In this document: positions 9,162 through 17,892 of the stretch, piece after piece
Layout of the letters: each line of letters starts with the position of its first letter
How positions within the stretch are numbered: the stretch's first letter is position 1
NCBI GenBank assembly: GCA_902767275.1
Contig: CACXGY010000006.1
Location: 1-61,597, forward strand
Direction of reading: 5' to 3'
Length of the DNA: 61,597 bases
Source: an uncultured bacterium
GTDB lineage: Bacteria > Cyanobacteriota > Vampirovibrionia > Gastranaerophilales > Gastranaerophilaceae
Position numbers and translations under genes: made by a program
The notes under the pieces: model-generated
Databases searched by the model: none
What the model was told of the DNA's origin: nothing
The model's input: the letters and a program-made list of their open reading frames with translations, nothing else

Positions 9162-9653
9162 CTATCTTCCGATAATCTTATTAGTTTCAATAAAGTTTGG
9201 TTTTGGCATAGGAGTTTTTGGTGATTTGTCGTATTTAACCTTTCCGTCATGGTTAAGAAACGGTGCATCACTCGGTCGTCTGATAACTTCACGTAACTGA
9301 AGATTATGAGGATATTTATTTGACAATTGTCCTTGCTGCATAGGAGAAGTATACCTGTAGTAATCAGATGCAAGAACATAACTGTCATTTCTCGGAATAA
9401 CATTAAAAGCAATACCCATCCCTTCATTAAAAAGATTAGTAAGTAACTTAACAAATCCCATACCGCCAATAACAATAACTAAAAATACAGCAAAGATTTT
9501 AGGTGCAGCGGCAATAGTCTGCTCTTGAACCTGAGTAACAGCCTGAATAATACCGACAATTAAACCAATTGCTGCGGCTGTTAACACGCAAGGCATTGAT
9601 ATTGACAACATTGTCATAAAACCTTTTGCTAAATATTCCATTAATATTTCCAT
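9162..9653 (-). CDS. fliQ: flagellar biosynthetic protein FliQ with about 78-aa C-terminal extension
   Basis: GGAG lies 9 nt before ATG 9653. The first 85 aa or so are a typical two-TM FliQ (GLIVGIIQAVTQVQEQTIAAAPKI). The frame stays open for about 78 more hydrophilic Pro/Lys-rich residues. Confidence 0.85.
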   Translation of the reverse strand: MEILMEYLAKGFMTMLSISMPCVLTAAAIGLIVGIIQAVTQVQEQTIAAAPKIFAVFLVIVIGGMGFVKLLTNLFNEGMGIAFNVIPRNDSYVLASDYYRYTSPMQQGQLSNKYPHNLQLREVIRRPSDAPFLNHDGKVKYDKSPKTPMPKPNFIETNKIIGR

Positions 9654-9704
9654 ATTATTATTCTCCAATTAATGTTTAATGAAACTCATTAGATTTTCCA
9701 TAAA

Positions 9705-10346
9705 TTATGTATTGTAACTTTGTACCAAACCTTGTACAATCAAAGCCCAACCGTCAACTGCAATAAATATCAATAACTTAAACGGAAGCGAAATGATTGT
9801 AGGTGATAACATGAACATACCAAGTGCCAGCAAAATATTAGCAACGATTAAATCAAGAACGATAAACGGCACAAAAACGATGAAACCGATTTCAAATGCA
9901 GTTTTTAATTCGCTCAAAATATAAGCAGGAGCGACCTGCCATATAGTGATTTGATCAGGACTTTGCGGTTGTTCTTTACTTGATAATTCAACAAAAAATG
10001 CAAGGTCACTTTCTCTTGTTTGCTTCATCATAAACTCTTTGAGCGGTTTTGAACCTTGATCAATTGTTTGAATCATATCCTGGTTTTTCAAAAAAGGAAC
10101 TGAACCCATATCATACATTTTTTGAAACACACCACCCATTGTATAGAATGTTAAAATCATACTCAATCCTATAATAACAATTGAAGGTGGAACTTGTTGA
10201 GTACCTAATGCCGTTTTTAACATTGAAAATACAATAGTAAATCTTAAAAAACTTGTCATACAACAAAACATAAAAGGTAATATCGAAAACATCGACATTA
10301 CAAGTAACATTTGTAGTACGGGATTAAAATTCGCAAATATATCCAT
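9705..10346 (-). CDS. fliP: flagellar biosynthetic protein FliP
   Basis: Conserved block SFLRFTIVFSMLKTALGTQQVPPSIVIIGLSMILTFYTM. AAGGA RBS. Confidence 0.9.
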   Translation of the reverse strand: MDIFANFNPVLQMLLVMSMFSILPFMFCCMTSFLRFTIVFSMLKTALGTQQVPPSIVIIGLSMILTFYTMGGVFQKMYDMGSVPFLKNQDMIQTIDQGSKPLKEFMMKQTRESDLAFFVELSSKEQPQSPDQITIWQVAPAYILSELKTAFEIGFIVFVPFIVLDLIVANILLALGMFMLSPTIISLPFKLLIFIAVDGWALIVQGLVQSYNT

Positions 10347-10361
10347 TATTCTTTATTCCTT

Positions 10362-10754
10362 TTAAAAATTTAATTTACTTTTTATCTCTTTCATAATAGG
10401 TCGTTTTATCGGAGAAACATTATCTTGAGCACGAATTGCTCTTTCTGATAAATCGACATGAGTATTCATTGTTCTGATATTTCTTATTTCTGATTCAGGA
10501 GAAGACTGTTCTTCCAGTTTTGAAATCAAAGTAGTTCTTTCCATATCAGCAGCAATTAAAAATCTCTCATTTCCGTTTCTTACAACATACAGCGTTTTTC
10601 TTGGAGAAAGACTTAATGCATCTTCCACACACAAAGATTTATTACGCTTTACACCAATTGAAGAAACGTTGAACTTTTTATACACATACAATGCAAAAAT
10701 TATAATTCCAATCATTGCAAACAAATAAACTATAAAATTTCCCATATATCCCAT
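10362..10754 (-). CDS. fliO: FliO-like flagellar export protein
   Basis: N-terminal TM helix, then the LSLSPRKTLYVVRNGNERFLIAADMERTTLISKL pattern typical of FliO. Sits immediately upstream of fliP. Confidence 0.65.
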   Translation of the reverse strand: MGYMGNFIVYLFAMIGIIIFALYVYKKFNVSSIGVKRNKSLCVEDALSLSPRKTLYVVRNGNERFLIAADMERTTLISKLEEQSSPESEIRNIRTMNTHVDLSERAIRAQDNVSPIKRPIMKEIKSKLNF

Positions 10755-10783
10755 TTTTCAATTCCTTATATTTTAAATAATAT

Positions 10784-12001
10784 TTATTCATCAAGATCAA
10801 AATCGCTATAATCAAATTCATCGCCTTCTGCAGGAGGAGCATCAGGTGCGGCACCGGCCTGTTTAAGATTAGAATTTGGTGCAATGCTGACTGCTGAACC
10901 GGCTTGTGCTGCCATATTAACCATTCCTTCAACACTACCCATATTTTTAAAATCATCGGCAGTTACTTTTGATATTTTTACTCCGTATCTGTCATTCACG
11001 ATAACTAATTCCCCATCGGCAACAATTTGTTCGCCGACTTTCAAAGAAACTTTATTGTTATATACGGAACTTATATCAACAACCAATCCTTCCTGAATAT
11101 TCTTTAATTCTCCGAGAGAAACTTTTATCTTTTCAAACTCTGCACTCATCTCAATTTGCAGACTATCCCACAAATTGGTTATACTGCTTGTATCCATTTC
11201 CTCTTCTCCTTCGTCACTTCCTTCATCTTCGCCATCATATGGTACTATTATTTCTCTATTTGGATTAACTGCAAATTTTTGCAAAATATTATCGCAAATA
11301 AGAGTCATTTCACGAGCATTACTGTTTTCGAAAACAACAATATCGCCAACATCTAATTTTTTCACATCATTAACCGCAAAATCCGTTGAGCCAACCTTTA
11401 TTGAAACCTCTACCGGACAATCTGCAAAAATCATTTCATTGATTTTCTTTTCTTCGGGTACCGGCGGCAATGCCACCGGTGCTAATACAGATTTAGGGAA
11501 TGATAATACGAATCTTGCACTTTCATCCGAGGATAAATTCCTTACAAAATAACTTAAATTTATCGTAACAGGATGTTTTTCCAATTTTTCTTTATCAATA
11601 TTTCCCGATACTTTTTCGTACAAATATTCATTAAATGTCGTAATTATTTTTGCTTCTAAATCGGAAATATTAGACAATTCAAATTTTTTATTACTTTTTC
11701 CTAAAATCTTATCAAGAATAACTTGAATAGCCTTTTGAGAAATTCTTATAAACACATCATTCTTAGGGTCAAGTTGGACTTTTGTTACAAAGAAACTTTC
11801 ATCCTGAGTCAAAACATTCATATTTTCACTTAAACCGACAAGTTTAAACTCAAAACCGGGGTCAAAAAATTCATCACACGCCTGTTGTACCGGTGCTTCA
11901 AAAACAGTTTTAAACCAGTCAAATTGACTGTATAATTCACTGCTAAAACTTGTTTTAATTGTATCGTTTTTTGTATCCATAGAGTACTCTTTCCCCAACA
12001 C
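10784..12001 (-). CDS. flagellar motor switch protein, FliM-like N-half fused to two SpoA (FliN) domains
   Basis: GTG start. FliM-like middle region (FIRISQKAIQVILDKILGKSN..LSNISDLEAKII). Two SpoA-like segments (VEVSIKVGSTDFAVNDVKKLDVGDIVVF and IEMSAEFEKIKVSLGELKNIQEGLVVDI). Acidic tail. Confidence 0.8.
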   Translation of the reverse strand: MLGKEYSMDTKNDTIKTSFSSELYSQFDWFKTVFEAPVQQACDEFFDPGFEFKLVGLSENMNVLTQDESFFVTKVQLDPKNDVFIRISQKAIQVILDKILGKSNKKFELSNISDLEAKIITTFNEYLYEKVSGNIDKEKLEKHPVTINLSYFVRNLSSDESARFVLSFPKSVLAPVALPPVPEEKKINEMIFADCPVEVSIKVGSTDFAVNDVKKLDVGDIVVFENSNAREMTLICDNILQKFAVNPNREIIVPYDGEDEGSDEGEEEMDTSSITNLWDSLQIEMSAEFEKIKVSLGELKNIQEGLVVDISSVYNNKVSLKVGEQIVADGELVIVNDRYGVKISKVTADDFKNMGSVEGMVNMAAQAGSAVSIAPNSNLKQAGAAPDAPPAEGDEFDYSDFDLDE

Positions 12002-12107
12002 TATGGTAATATAATGATACGATTGTAGACATCAACTATTTGTAGGATTAATTACAAATTTTATAGATATTATCAGCAAAAAATTTTATCACGCTTTTTA
12101 TAATATT

Positions 12108-12959
12108 ATGTCGACATTAGCACTAAATTATTCTTCGAATAGTATATTATCTCAAAATCATCTTGTTTCGTTTTGTTCTAAAAAACGCAAACCGAAAAAG
12201 AATGTCCTAACAAATACAACAAACACGGAACTGCAATCAAATCTAAGCAAAGAAAACCTTAAAATATTAGATGAAATAAGACAAGTTGCTAAAAAACAAG
12301 GAAAAGAAGTTTATCTGTTTGGCGGGGGAGTCAGAGATTGTGTTCTTGGGAAAAAAGTTAAAGATTTAGACATTATGGTAAACGGAGATGCTCTCGATTT
12401 TTCACAAAGTTTAACACAAGAAAACTCAAACCTGTTTATCGGAAACCGTTTAAAGAAAAAAGTAAAAAGAGCCGTTGTGTATACAAAAAACGTAGACATA
12501 GATATTGTTCCAATGGACTATGAAAAAGAAATTCCACACGACAAAGACTCTATCCGCTCTGCTTTAATTCGAAAAGCAAAATCTGCCGATTACTCAATAA
12601 ATTCTCTTTTAATTAAACTCGGAGAAGATAAAAACGGAAAATTAAAATTCAAACTGATAGATATATTTGAAGGAAAAAAAGATATTAAAAATAATGTTCT
12701 TAGGGTTCTAAATCAGGATGAATTTTCAACATCTCCAATAGTTGCAATAAGAGGAATTCGATTTAAAAATCGGTACGGAATGAAAACAGAACCACAAACA
12801 CACGATTTAATAAAAACCACCATTTCAAAACCTCCAAAAGGCTCAAATCCTTTAAGAGTAGCAAAGGAATTTTACAAATTATTTAAAGAAGCAAAAAATC
12901 CTGTTGAATTTTTGAAATTAATGTATAAGTACAATCCTTTTAAATTTATAAAACCATAA
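12108..12959 (+). CDS. short class II nucleotidyltransferase (poly(A) polymerase / CCA-adding family head-neck only)
   Basis: Motifs FGGGVRDCVLGKKVKDLDIMV, DYSINSLL, GKKDIKNNVLRV and PIVAIRGIRF. Only 283 aa, with a roughly 60-aa Lys/Asn-rich N-terminal extension. Confidence 0.75.
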   Translation: MSTLALNYSSNSILSQNHLVSFCSKKRKPKKNVLTNTTNTELQSNLSKENLKILDEIRQVAKKQGKEVYLFGGGVRDCVLGKKVKDLDIMVNGDALDFSQSLTQENSNLFIGNRLKKKVKRAVVYTKNVDIDIVPMDYEKEIPHDKDSIRSALIRKAKSADYSINSLLIKLGEDKNGKLKFKLIDIFEGKKDIKNNVLRVLNQDEFSTSPIVAIRGIRFKNRYGMKTEPQTHDLIKTTISKPPKGSNPLRVAKEFYKLFKEAKNPVEFLKLMYKYNPFKFIKP

Positions 12960-13031
12960 TAAACTTAACAAACCTCAAAACCATGGCAATTTTAAAGTTG
13001 AAAAAGTTTTTATATAAGAGTAGGTAATTTT

Positions 13032-14531
13032 ATGGTTGTAAACGGCAAGACAATATTATCATTAATTGATAGGGTTACTCCTTATATAAAAAAAAGAGTA
13101 AAATCTACTGAACATCCAAACCGAATCCATTTTAAATCATCGGAAATACCAAAAGATTGTTTTGGAGAACTCCCTCCGGAGATTGCTGAAGATGCAACTG
13201 TTGCACCATTTGCACAAAGATTAATTCATCCTAATTTATACGGAATGGAACCTGCCGTTAATAAAACCATTGCTCTTGTCCGTAACACAAGAAAAACACT
13301 TGGTAACATAAAAGACGAAGAAATTAAAACACATTTTAATAATTTATATGAAAAAATCTTAACAGATTCAAATAATGTTGATAACCTTTCAGGACAAGTT
13401 GCTGAACTTGCTCAAAAAGTGGAATTGATTGAAAATCCTGAAGTAAAAAATGATATATTGCTTTCCATACGAGTTTTAACCAAAAGACCTAAAAAAGATT
13501 TTAAAAAATATTTTACACTTACTATGAGAGGGGTTGAACAATATACTGATGTTATTAATATTTTAAATGATAAATATATCTCTATAAATAATTCCGAACG
13601 AAAATTTTACCAATGGATGAATAAAAACAATATCTGGTTAGCAGATATAATAGACGGAACAAAAAAGACTCCTGAAACATATAGAAACGGAGTATTTAAA
13701 AATCGTAAAGATACCAAATCTTACGAAAGTTATGAAAGATTATATGAAAAATATTCAAAAAAAGATATAGCAAAAACTTATCAAAATGCACTAAAGAATG
13801 ATTTATTGGAAGAATTTTTAACGGATAATTCTTCTATTTTCAAGAAACGTGCAGAAAGAATTTATCATCAAGAATATTTAAAAACACTTAATCCTGATAT
13901 CGCTGAAATGTGTAAAAAAATACAAAAAGAATACGGAACCTATGTTATACCTACAAATGCTGATACAACGATACAAGATTTAAAATATTTGGAAGAAGAA
14001 TTCAAACTATGGAAAGAAACCGGAAAAGATAAAGCAAATTTACCTACAGTATTAAGTATAAATACCTTAAATCCACTCTTAAGAAAATCAAACTGTGCAG
14101 GTATTGCGAACATTTATAATGATTCAATTGTCGTAAGAACATTACTTGAAAGTGACGGAAACTATAAGAGTTCCGGTTCTACACTTCGCCATGAAATCAA
14201 TCATATTAATGATCCTTATGAAGTTGAATCTTTAAGTGAATTTGAAAAATTACAAAAATTTGTTACATGGTTAAAAGTAAAATATTTTTACAAAAATTAC
14301 ATGATGAGCGAACTTGAAAAAGCAGGTTTATCCAATAAAGAACATCGTCTATATGCATTTACGGAAGGTGCAGAAGCACGCTCTGTATCAGCGGAAGCAA
14401 ACGGAGAAGAATTATCTGACAGATACAAAGATATCATGGAAAATTCATTAAAAATGCAAAGATGGATTTTTGACATCCCGCAAAACTCAATCAGAAGAAA
14501 TGCCAGAATTAAAAGTTTTGAAAGAAAGTGA
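13032..14531 (+). CDS. hypothetical protein with HExxH zinc-metallopeptidase-like motif
   Basis: 499-aa open frame, 72 nt downstream of the NTase gene. Single HEINH motif near the C-terminus (LRHEINHINDP). Otherwise no recognisable domain. Confidence 0.6.
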   Translation: MVVNGKTILSLIDRVTPYIKKRVKSTEHPNRIHFKSSEIPKDCFGELPPEIAEDATVAPFAQRLIHPNLYGMEPAVNKTIALVRNTRKTLGNIKDEEIKTHFNNLYEKILTDSNNVDNLSGQVAELAQKVELIENPEVKNDILLSIRVLTKRPKKDFKKYFTLTMRGVEQYTDVINILNDKYISINNSERKFYQWMNKNNIWLADIIDGTKKTPETYRNGVFKNRKDTKSYESYERLYEKYSKKDIAKTYQNALKNDLLEEFLTDNSSIFKKRAERIYHQEYLKTLNPDIAEMCKKIQKEYGTYVIPTNADTTIQDLKYLEEEFKLWKETGKDKANLPTVLSINTLNPLLRKSNCAGIANIYNDSIVVRTLLESDGNYKSSGSTLRHEINHINDPYEVESLSEFEKLQKFVTWLKVKYFYKNYMMSELEKAGLSNKEHRLYAFTEGAEARSVSAEANGEELSDRYKDIMENSLKMQRWIFDIPQNSIRRNARIKSFERK

Positions 14532-14544
14532 AAGAGTAATTAAA

Positions 14545-15474
14545 TTAAAACTTTTCTATTCGAAAAATCATTGAATACTTATGAGGTCCGTAATAAAGTT
14601 CAATTAATAAGAAATTATTATCAAGATCTGTCAATTCGATATTGGAAGTAATAGCAGGTTTACGTTTTGATTTTCTAACATACTTACCCCATGCATTCAA
14701 AAACTTAATCTGCCATCTTTGAGATTTTTTCATATCCAGTTCCGGCAAATTATCTTTATAATAGAACTCAGGCGTATAATCTTTCGCCATAACAGGAATA
14801 GTATATTTTACCGCTCCCGCTTCTTTGAACAGCACATACCAACTTCCTTTATATTCTCTTGGAGTTAAAAGATAATATCCCGGCTCGACGGTAATAGTTT
14901 TAAAATAAATAGGCGAATTTAATCTCATCAACGGATAAGGTGACCACATTGTATCTTTCATATCATAATATTGATCAGGATCGACACCATGTACATAAGA
15001 AAATGTCGGGACTTGCATATCACGATATGCTTTCTCATAATCATCTTGCGAATATGTTTTTGCGGCAGCCGGTGCATCACTCGTCGTTGCTTCATTCAAA
15101 CTATTGAGATATGAATCATCAGAAGCATCTTTATAACCTTTATACGGATCTTTTTCCTTTTTTTGATTTTTATTAACAGCATTTTTAGTTTTATTATCTA
15201 CTGTTCCCGCTTTATTAACAGAGTTTTGAACCGATTCAAAATTCTTATCTTTAGCATTTCCGCCACCCTCAACATAATCGTAATCATTGTCTTGAGTTTC
15301 TTGCTTAACCTGAACATCTTCACTTTGCTTAACAACCCCAGGTGTATAATCACTTGAATTCATGGGTTGAGAAGGTACATCCGGAGCAGCAGGACGCATC
15401 TGCGGAGGTTCTCCGTCTGCTAATACGGCTAACCCGAGCGAAATTATTAAAAAAGTAAGGATAAATTTTTTCAT
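14545..15474 (-). CDS. secreted hypothetical protein
   Basis: Signal peptide MKKFILTFLIISLGLAVLA. Low-complexity acidic linker, then a beta-rich C-terminal domain. Confidence 0.65.
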   Translation of the reverse strand: MKKFILTFLIISLGLAVLADGEPPQMRPAAPDVPSQPMNSSDYTPGVVKQSEDVQVKQETQDNDYDYVEGGGNAKDKNFESVQNSVNKAGTVDNKTKNAVNKNQKKEKDPYKGYKDASDDSYLNSLNEATTSDAPAAAKTYSQDDYEKAYRDMQVPTFSYVHGVDPDQYYDMKDTMWSPYPLMRLNSPIYFKTITVEPGYYLLTPREYKGSWYVLFKEAGAVKYTIPVMAKDYTPEFYYKDNLPELDMKKSQRWQIKFLNAWGKYVRKSKRKPAITSNIELTDLDNNFLLIELYYGPHKYSMIFRIEKF

Positions 15475-15546
15475 ATAATTATTTTAATAATTTTTTTGAA
15501 AAAAAACAAATTTTTATACTATTTAATCTCCTACGGGTAAAGTAAA

Positions 15547-15969
15547 TTAATAATATTCGTTATCATCATCCTCGTCATGTTCGGATTCGTGTTCTTCATT
15601 ATCATCACTGCTATGGTGTTTAGAATCTCTCTCATCATCTAAGGATACGCTTGATACAATCTTCTCTGCTTCTTCAACTAATTTTTTCAAATCTGCGTTA
15701 GGGTTATATTTAGGCAATTTAGAATTAATAACAGAAGCAACATTCATCATCGCAAGCGAATTAAGCGTTGCGTTCAGTTGCGCACTGTTATCTATGTACT
15801 TGTTAGTATTTACCGCTTCTTCTTCTTCCGGTGCTTCGACAACTCCGTATTCCATTCCCTGACTGGCTCTATCATCGCTAGTCTTGGCTGCTGTTCCGGA
15901 AATGTCACCGCTTTTAAAATTAAATGCACCTGCCACACCATAGAAGCCTGCGGCTCTATTATCTACCAT
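15547..15969 (-). CDS. hypothetical highly acidic protein, 140 aa
   Basis: Open frame with an Asp/Glu/His-rich C-terminal tail (HHSSDDNEEHESEHDEDDDNEYY). No motif. Confidence 0.5.
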   Translation of the reverse strand: MVDNRAAGFYGVAGAFNFKSGDISGTAAKTSDDRASQGMEYGVVEAPEEEEAVNTNKYIDNSAQLNATLNSLAMMNVASVINSKLPKYNPNADLKKLVEEAEKIVSSVSLDDERDSKHHSSDDNEEHESEHDEDDDNEYY

Positions 15970-16081
15970 CGAGTTTACCTCTTTGTTTTAGTAATGCTCA
16001 GTGATGTGTCCTGTCCCTGTTTATTTAAGCATACCCTTCCGCATAATATTCTAAATCATCTGAACGGATTATTTTGCTAGT

Positions 16082-16108
16082 TAATAATTGTATTTGTTAC
16101 AATTATTA
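16082..16108. promoter_or_regulatory. 27-bp palindrome in a divergent intergenic region (candidate operator)
   Basis: TAATAATTGTA (16082-16092) and TACAATTATTA (16098-16108) are exact reverse complements, separated by 5 nt. Confidence 0.4.
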
Positions 16109-16262
16109 GCCAAAGTTCAATAATAACAAGAAAAACTCGTCTTTACATAACTTAACGTATACTCCTAAAAGAATAAGTTTTGTTACAAAAAAATTATATT
16201 TCGAAATCACGATAATAAAATTTTGTTTATATATGTAGTGAAGTAACAGAGAGAATATTATC

Positions 16263-17738
16263 ATGTCTGAAAATTTTTCATTACAGAATTTATTTGACTC
16301 AAATAAATCAATGACTCGTGAACAATTTATTGCTAAATACGGAGAAATAAGCCAATCAACAAATAAACCTGATTCATCAATTTTCAAGGCAGGCATGGCA
16401 GAATCAATCGGACAGGTATTTGATACTCTAAACACAGATGGAAATGAAACACTGGATGAAAAGGAAATAACAGCACTCAAAAATTTATCAAAAGATGACG
16501 ATGATACTATTGTATCTGAAAATGATTTAAAAATAATGTATCAAAATATATCAGAGAAGATACAACAATCATACAGGTCAACAGATCCAAAAAGCATGTA
16601 TGATTCTGCAATGAGCAAAGTCGGTAATCCGAACGAAAGCACTTATGTTCAAAATTTAGACACTCAAATACAAATGTTAAACGAGTTAATAAGCACAAGA
16701 CAGACTAACTCTGATAACATTATAAAAGATTTGGAATCCCAAATTGATAATATAATTAAAACTACTCTTGATGAAACTAACAAAGAAAATAAAAAATTAA
16801 AAGATTATAATAGTGCGAAGAAAAAAGAATTAGATGATTTACGAAGAACATCCGAAGAAAACAGTATTGCTCTAAAAAATGCCGAACAAACAAAACAAAA
16901 AAAGACATGTGATATAGCGGCAATTCAGCGTGACATACAATTTCTGGACTCAAAAAAAGATTCTGAAAAAATAAAACAACTTCAATCAGAATTATCAAAT
17001 GCACAAAAAGAATTAGACTATGCAAATCAAGACATAACACGTTACAAGTTGACCGAAAAAAATATCTCCTCAGATATTGCAGACATTTCTGCTGAATTAG
17101 TTTCAGCACAAAATTCTGCGAAAGCGAAAATTACACAAATCGATGCAAATAAAGCCGCTAAAATTGAAGCACTTCAAAACAAAATAGCCATTGAAAAAAA
17201 TGATGCACAAAAAGATATAAAAAAATCTAAAGAACAAATAAGAGTTCTTCAATCAGCACAGCAATATGCATTAGAACGAATAAAAACTCAAACAACAGGT
17301 AATGCAGAAGCAGATTATTCAAACAACGGGGCAAATCTGCCATGCCTGAACGGAGTAAATTATTCTTCGGAAAAAGGTCAAAAACTCGCAGAATACATGA
17401 GAAAACACGTTGTCGGATTCACAGGCTATTGTTCAAGACACGTCAGCAACGGTATTGCAGGAGCAGGTCTTGGTAACGAACGTGCAGGCTCTGCTTGTCA
17501 AATGGATAGTTTATTGAGAAAAAATCAGAACTTCAAAGAAATAAAAATAAGTTCTGCAGAAGAACTAAAGAGTTTACCTGCCGGATGCATCATAGTATAT
17601 GAAGCAGGTGCTGCAAGATATAATGCCAAACATGGTCATATCGAAGTTTCATTAGGAAACGGAACTGCTGCCAGTGATGGTATTACACGAAACATGAGAT
17701 TTACGGAAAACATGTCAGTATTTGTACCGGTAGCATAA
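16263..17738 (+). CDS. coiled-coil protein with EF-hand-like loop and C-terminal papain-like (CHAP/NlpC-P60-like) Cys-His domain
   Basis: The NTDGNETLDEKE loop fits EF-hand positions 1, 3, 5, 8, 9 and 12. About 250 aa of heptad-rich Lys/Glu/Gln sequence. C-terminus has GYCSRHVSNGI ... PAGCIIVYE ... AKHGHIEVSLGNG. Confidence 0.7.
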   Translation: MSENFSLQNLFDSNKSMTREQFIAKYGEISQSTNKPDSSIFKAGMAESIGQVFDTLNTDGNETLDEKEITALKNLSKDDDDTIVSENDLKIMYQNISEKIQQSYRSTDPKSMYDSAMSKVGNPNESTYVQNLDTQIQMLNELISTRQTNSDNIIKDLESQIDNIIKTTLDETNKENKKLKDYNSAKKKELDDLRRTSEENSIALKNAEQTKQKKTCDIAAIQRDIQFLDSKKDSEKIKQLQSELSNAQKELDYANQDITRYKLTEKNISSDIADISAELVSAQNSAKAKITQIDANKAAKIEALQNKIAIEKNDAQKDIKKSKEQIRVLQSAQQYALERIKTQTTGNAEADYSNNGANLPCLNGVNYSSEKGQKLAEYMRKHVVGFTGYCSRHVSNGIAGAGLGNERAGSACQMDSLLRKNQNFKEIKISSAEELKSLPAGCIIVYEAGAARYNAKHGHIEVSLGNGTAASDGITRNMRFTENMSVFVPVA

Positions 17739-17892
17739 TTAATGTATATATACAATGTGCGAAATCCAATATCAAATGATAAATACGCATCTTAATACTC
17801 TGTCATACAGAAACTATTGCAATAATATACTAAGTTTACACAACATTTAATTAATGTTAAAATTCAAACGATTAAACATTTCAGGGGAAGTA

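Noticed and set aside
9158-9475. Alternative-frame 105-aa ORF overlapping the FliQ tail
   Set aside because: It is on the same strand but out of frame with fliQ, has no start context, and has a Leu/Cys-rich nonsense-like sequence. However, a sequencing frameshift in this region should be excluded before trusting the FliQ extension.
15778-16480. ORFs 15778-16080 (+) and 16106-16480 (-) in and around the divergent spacer
   Set aside because: Both overlap better-supported genes in antisense or run through promoter DNA, and both lack an RBS.
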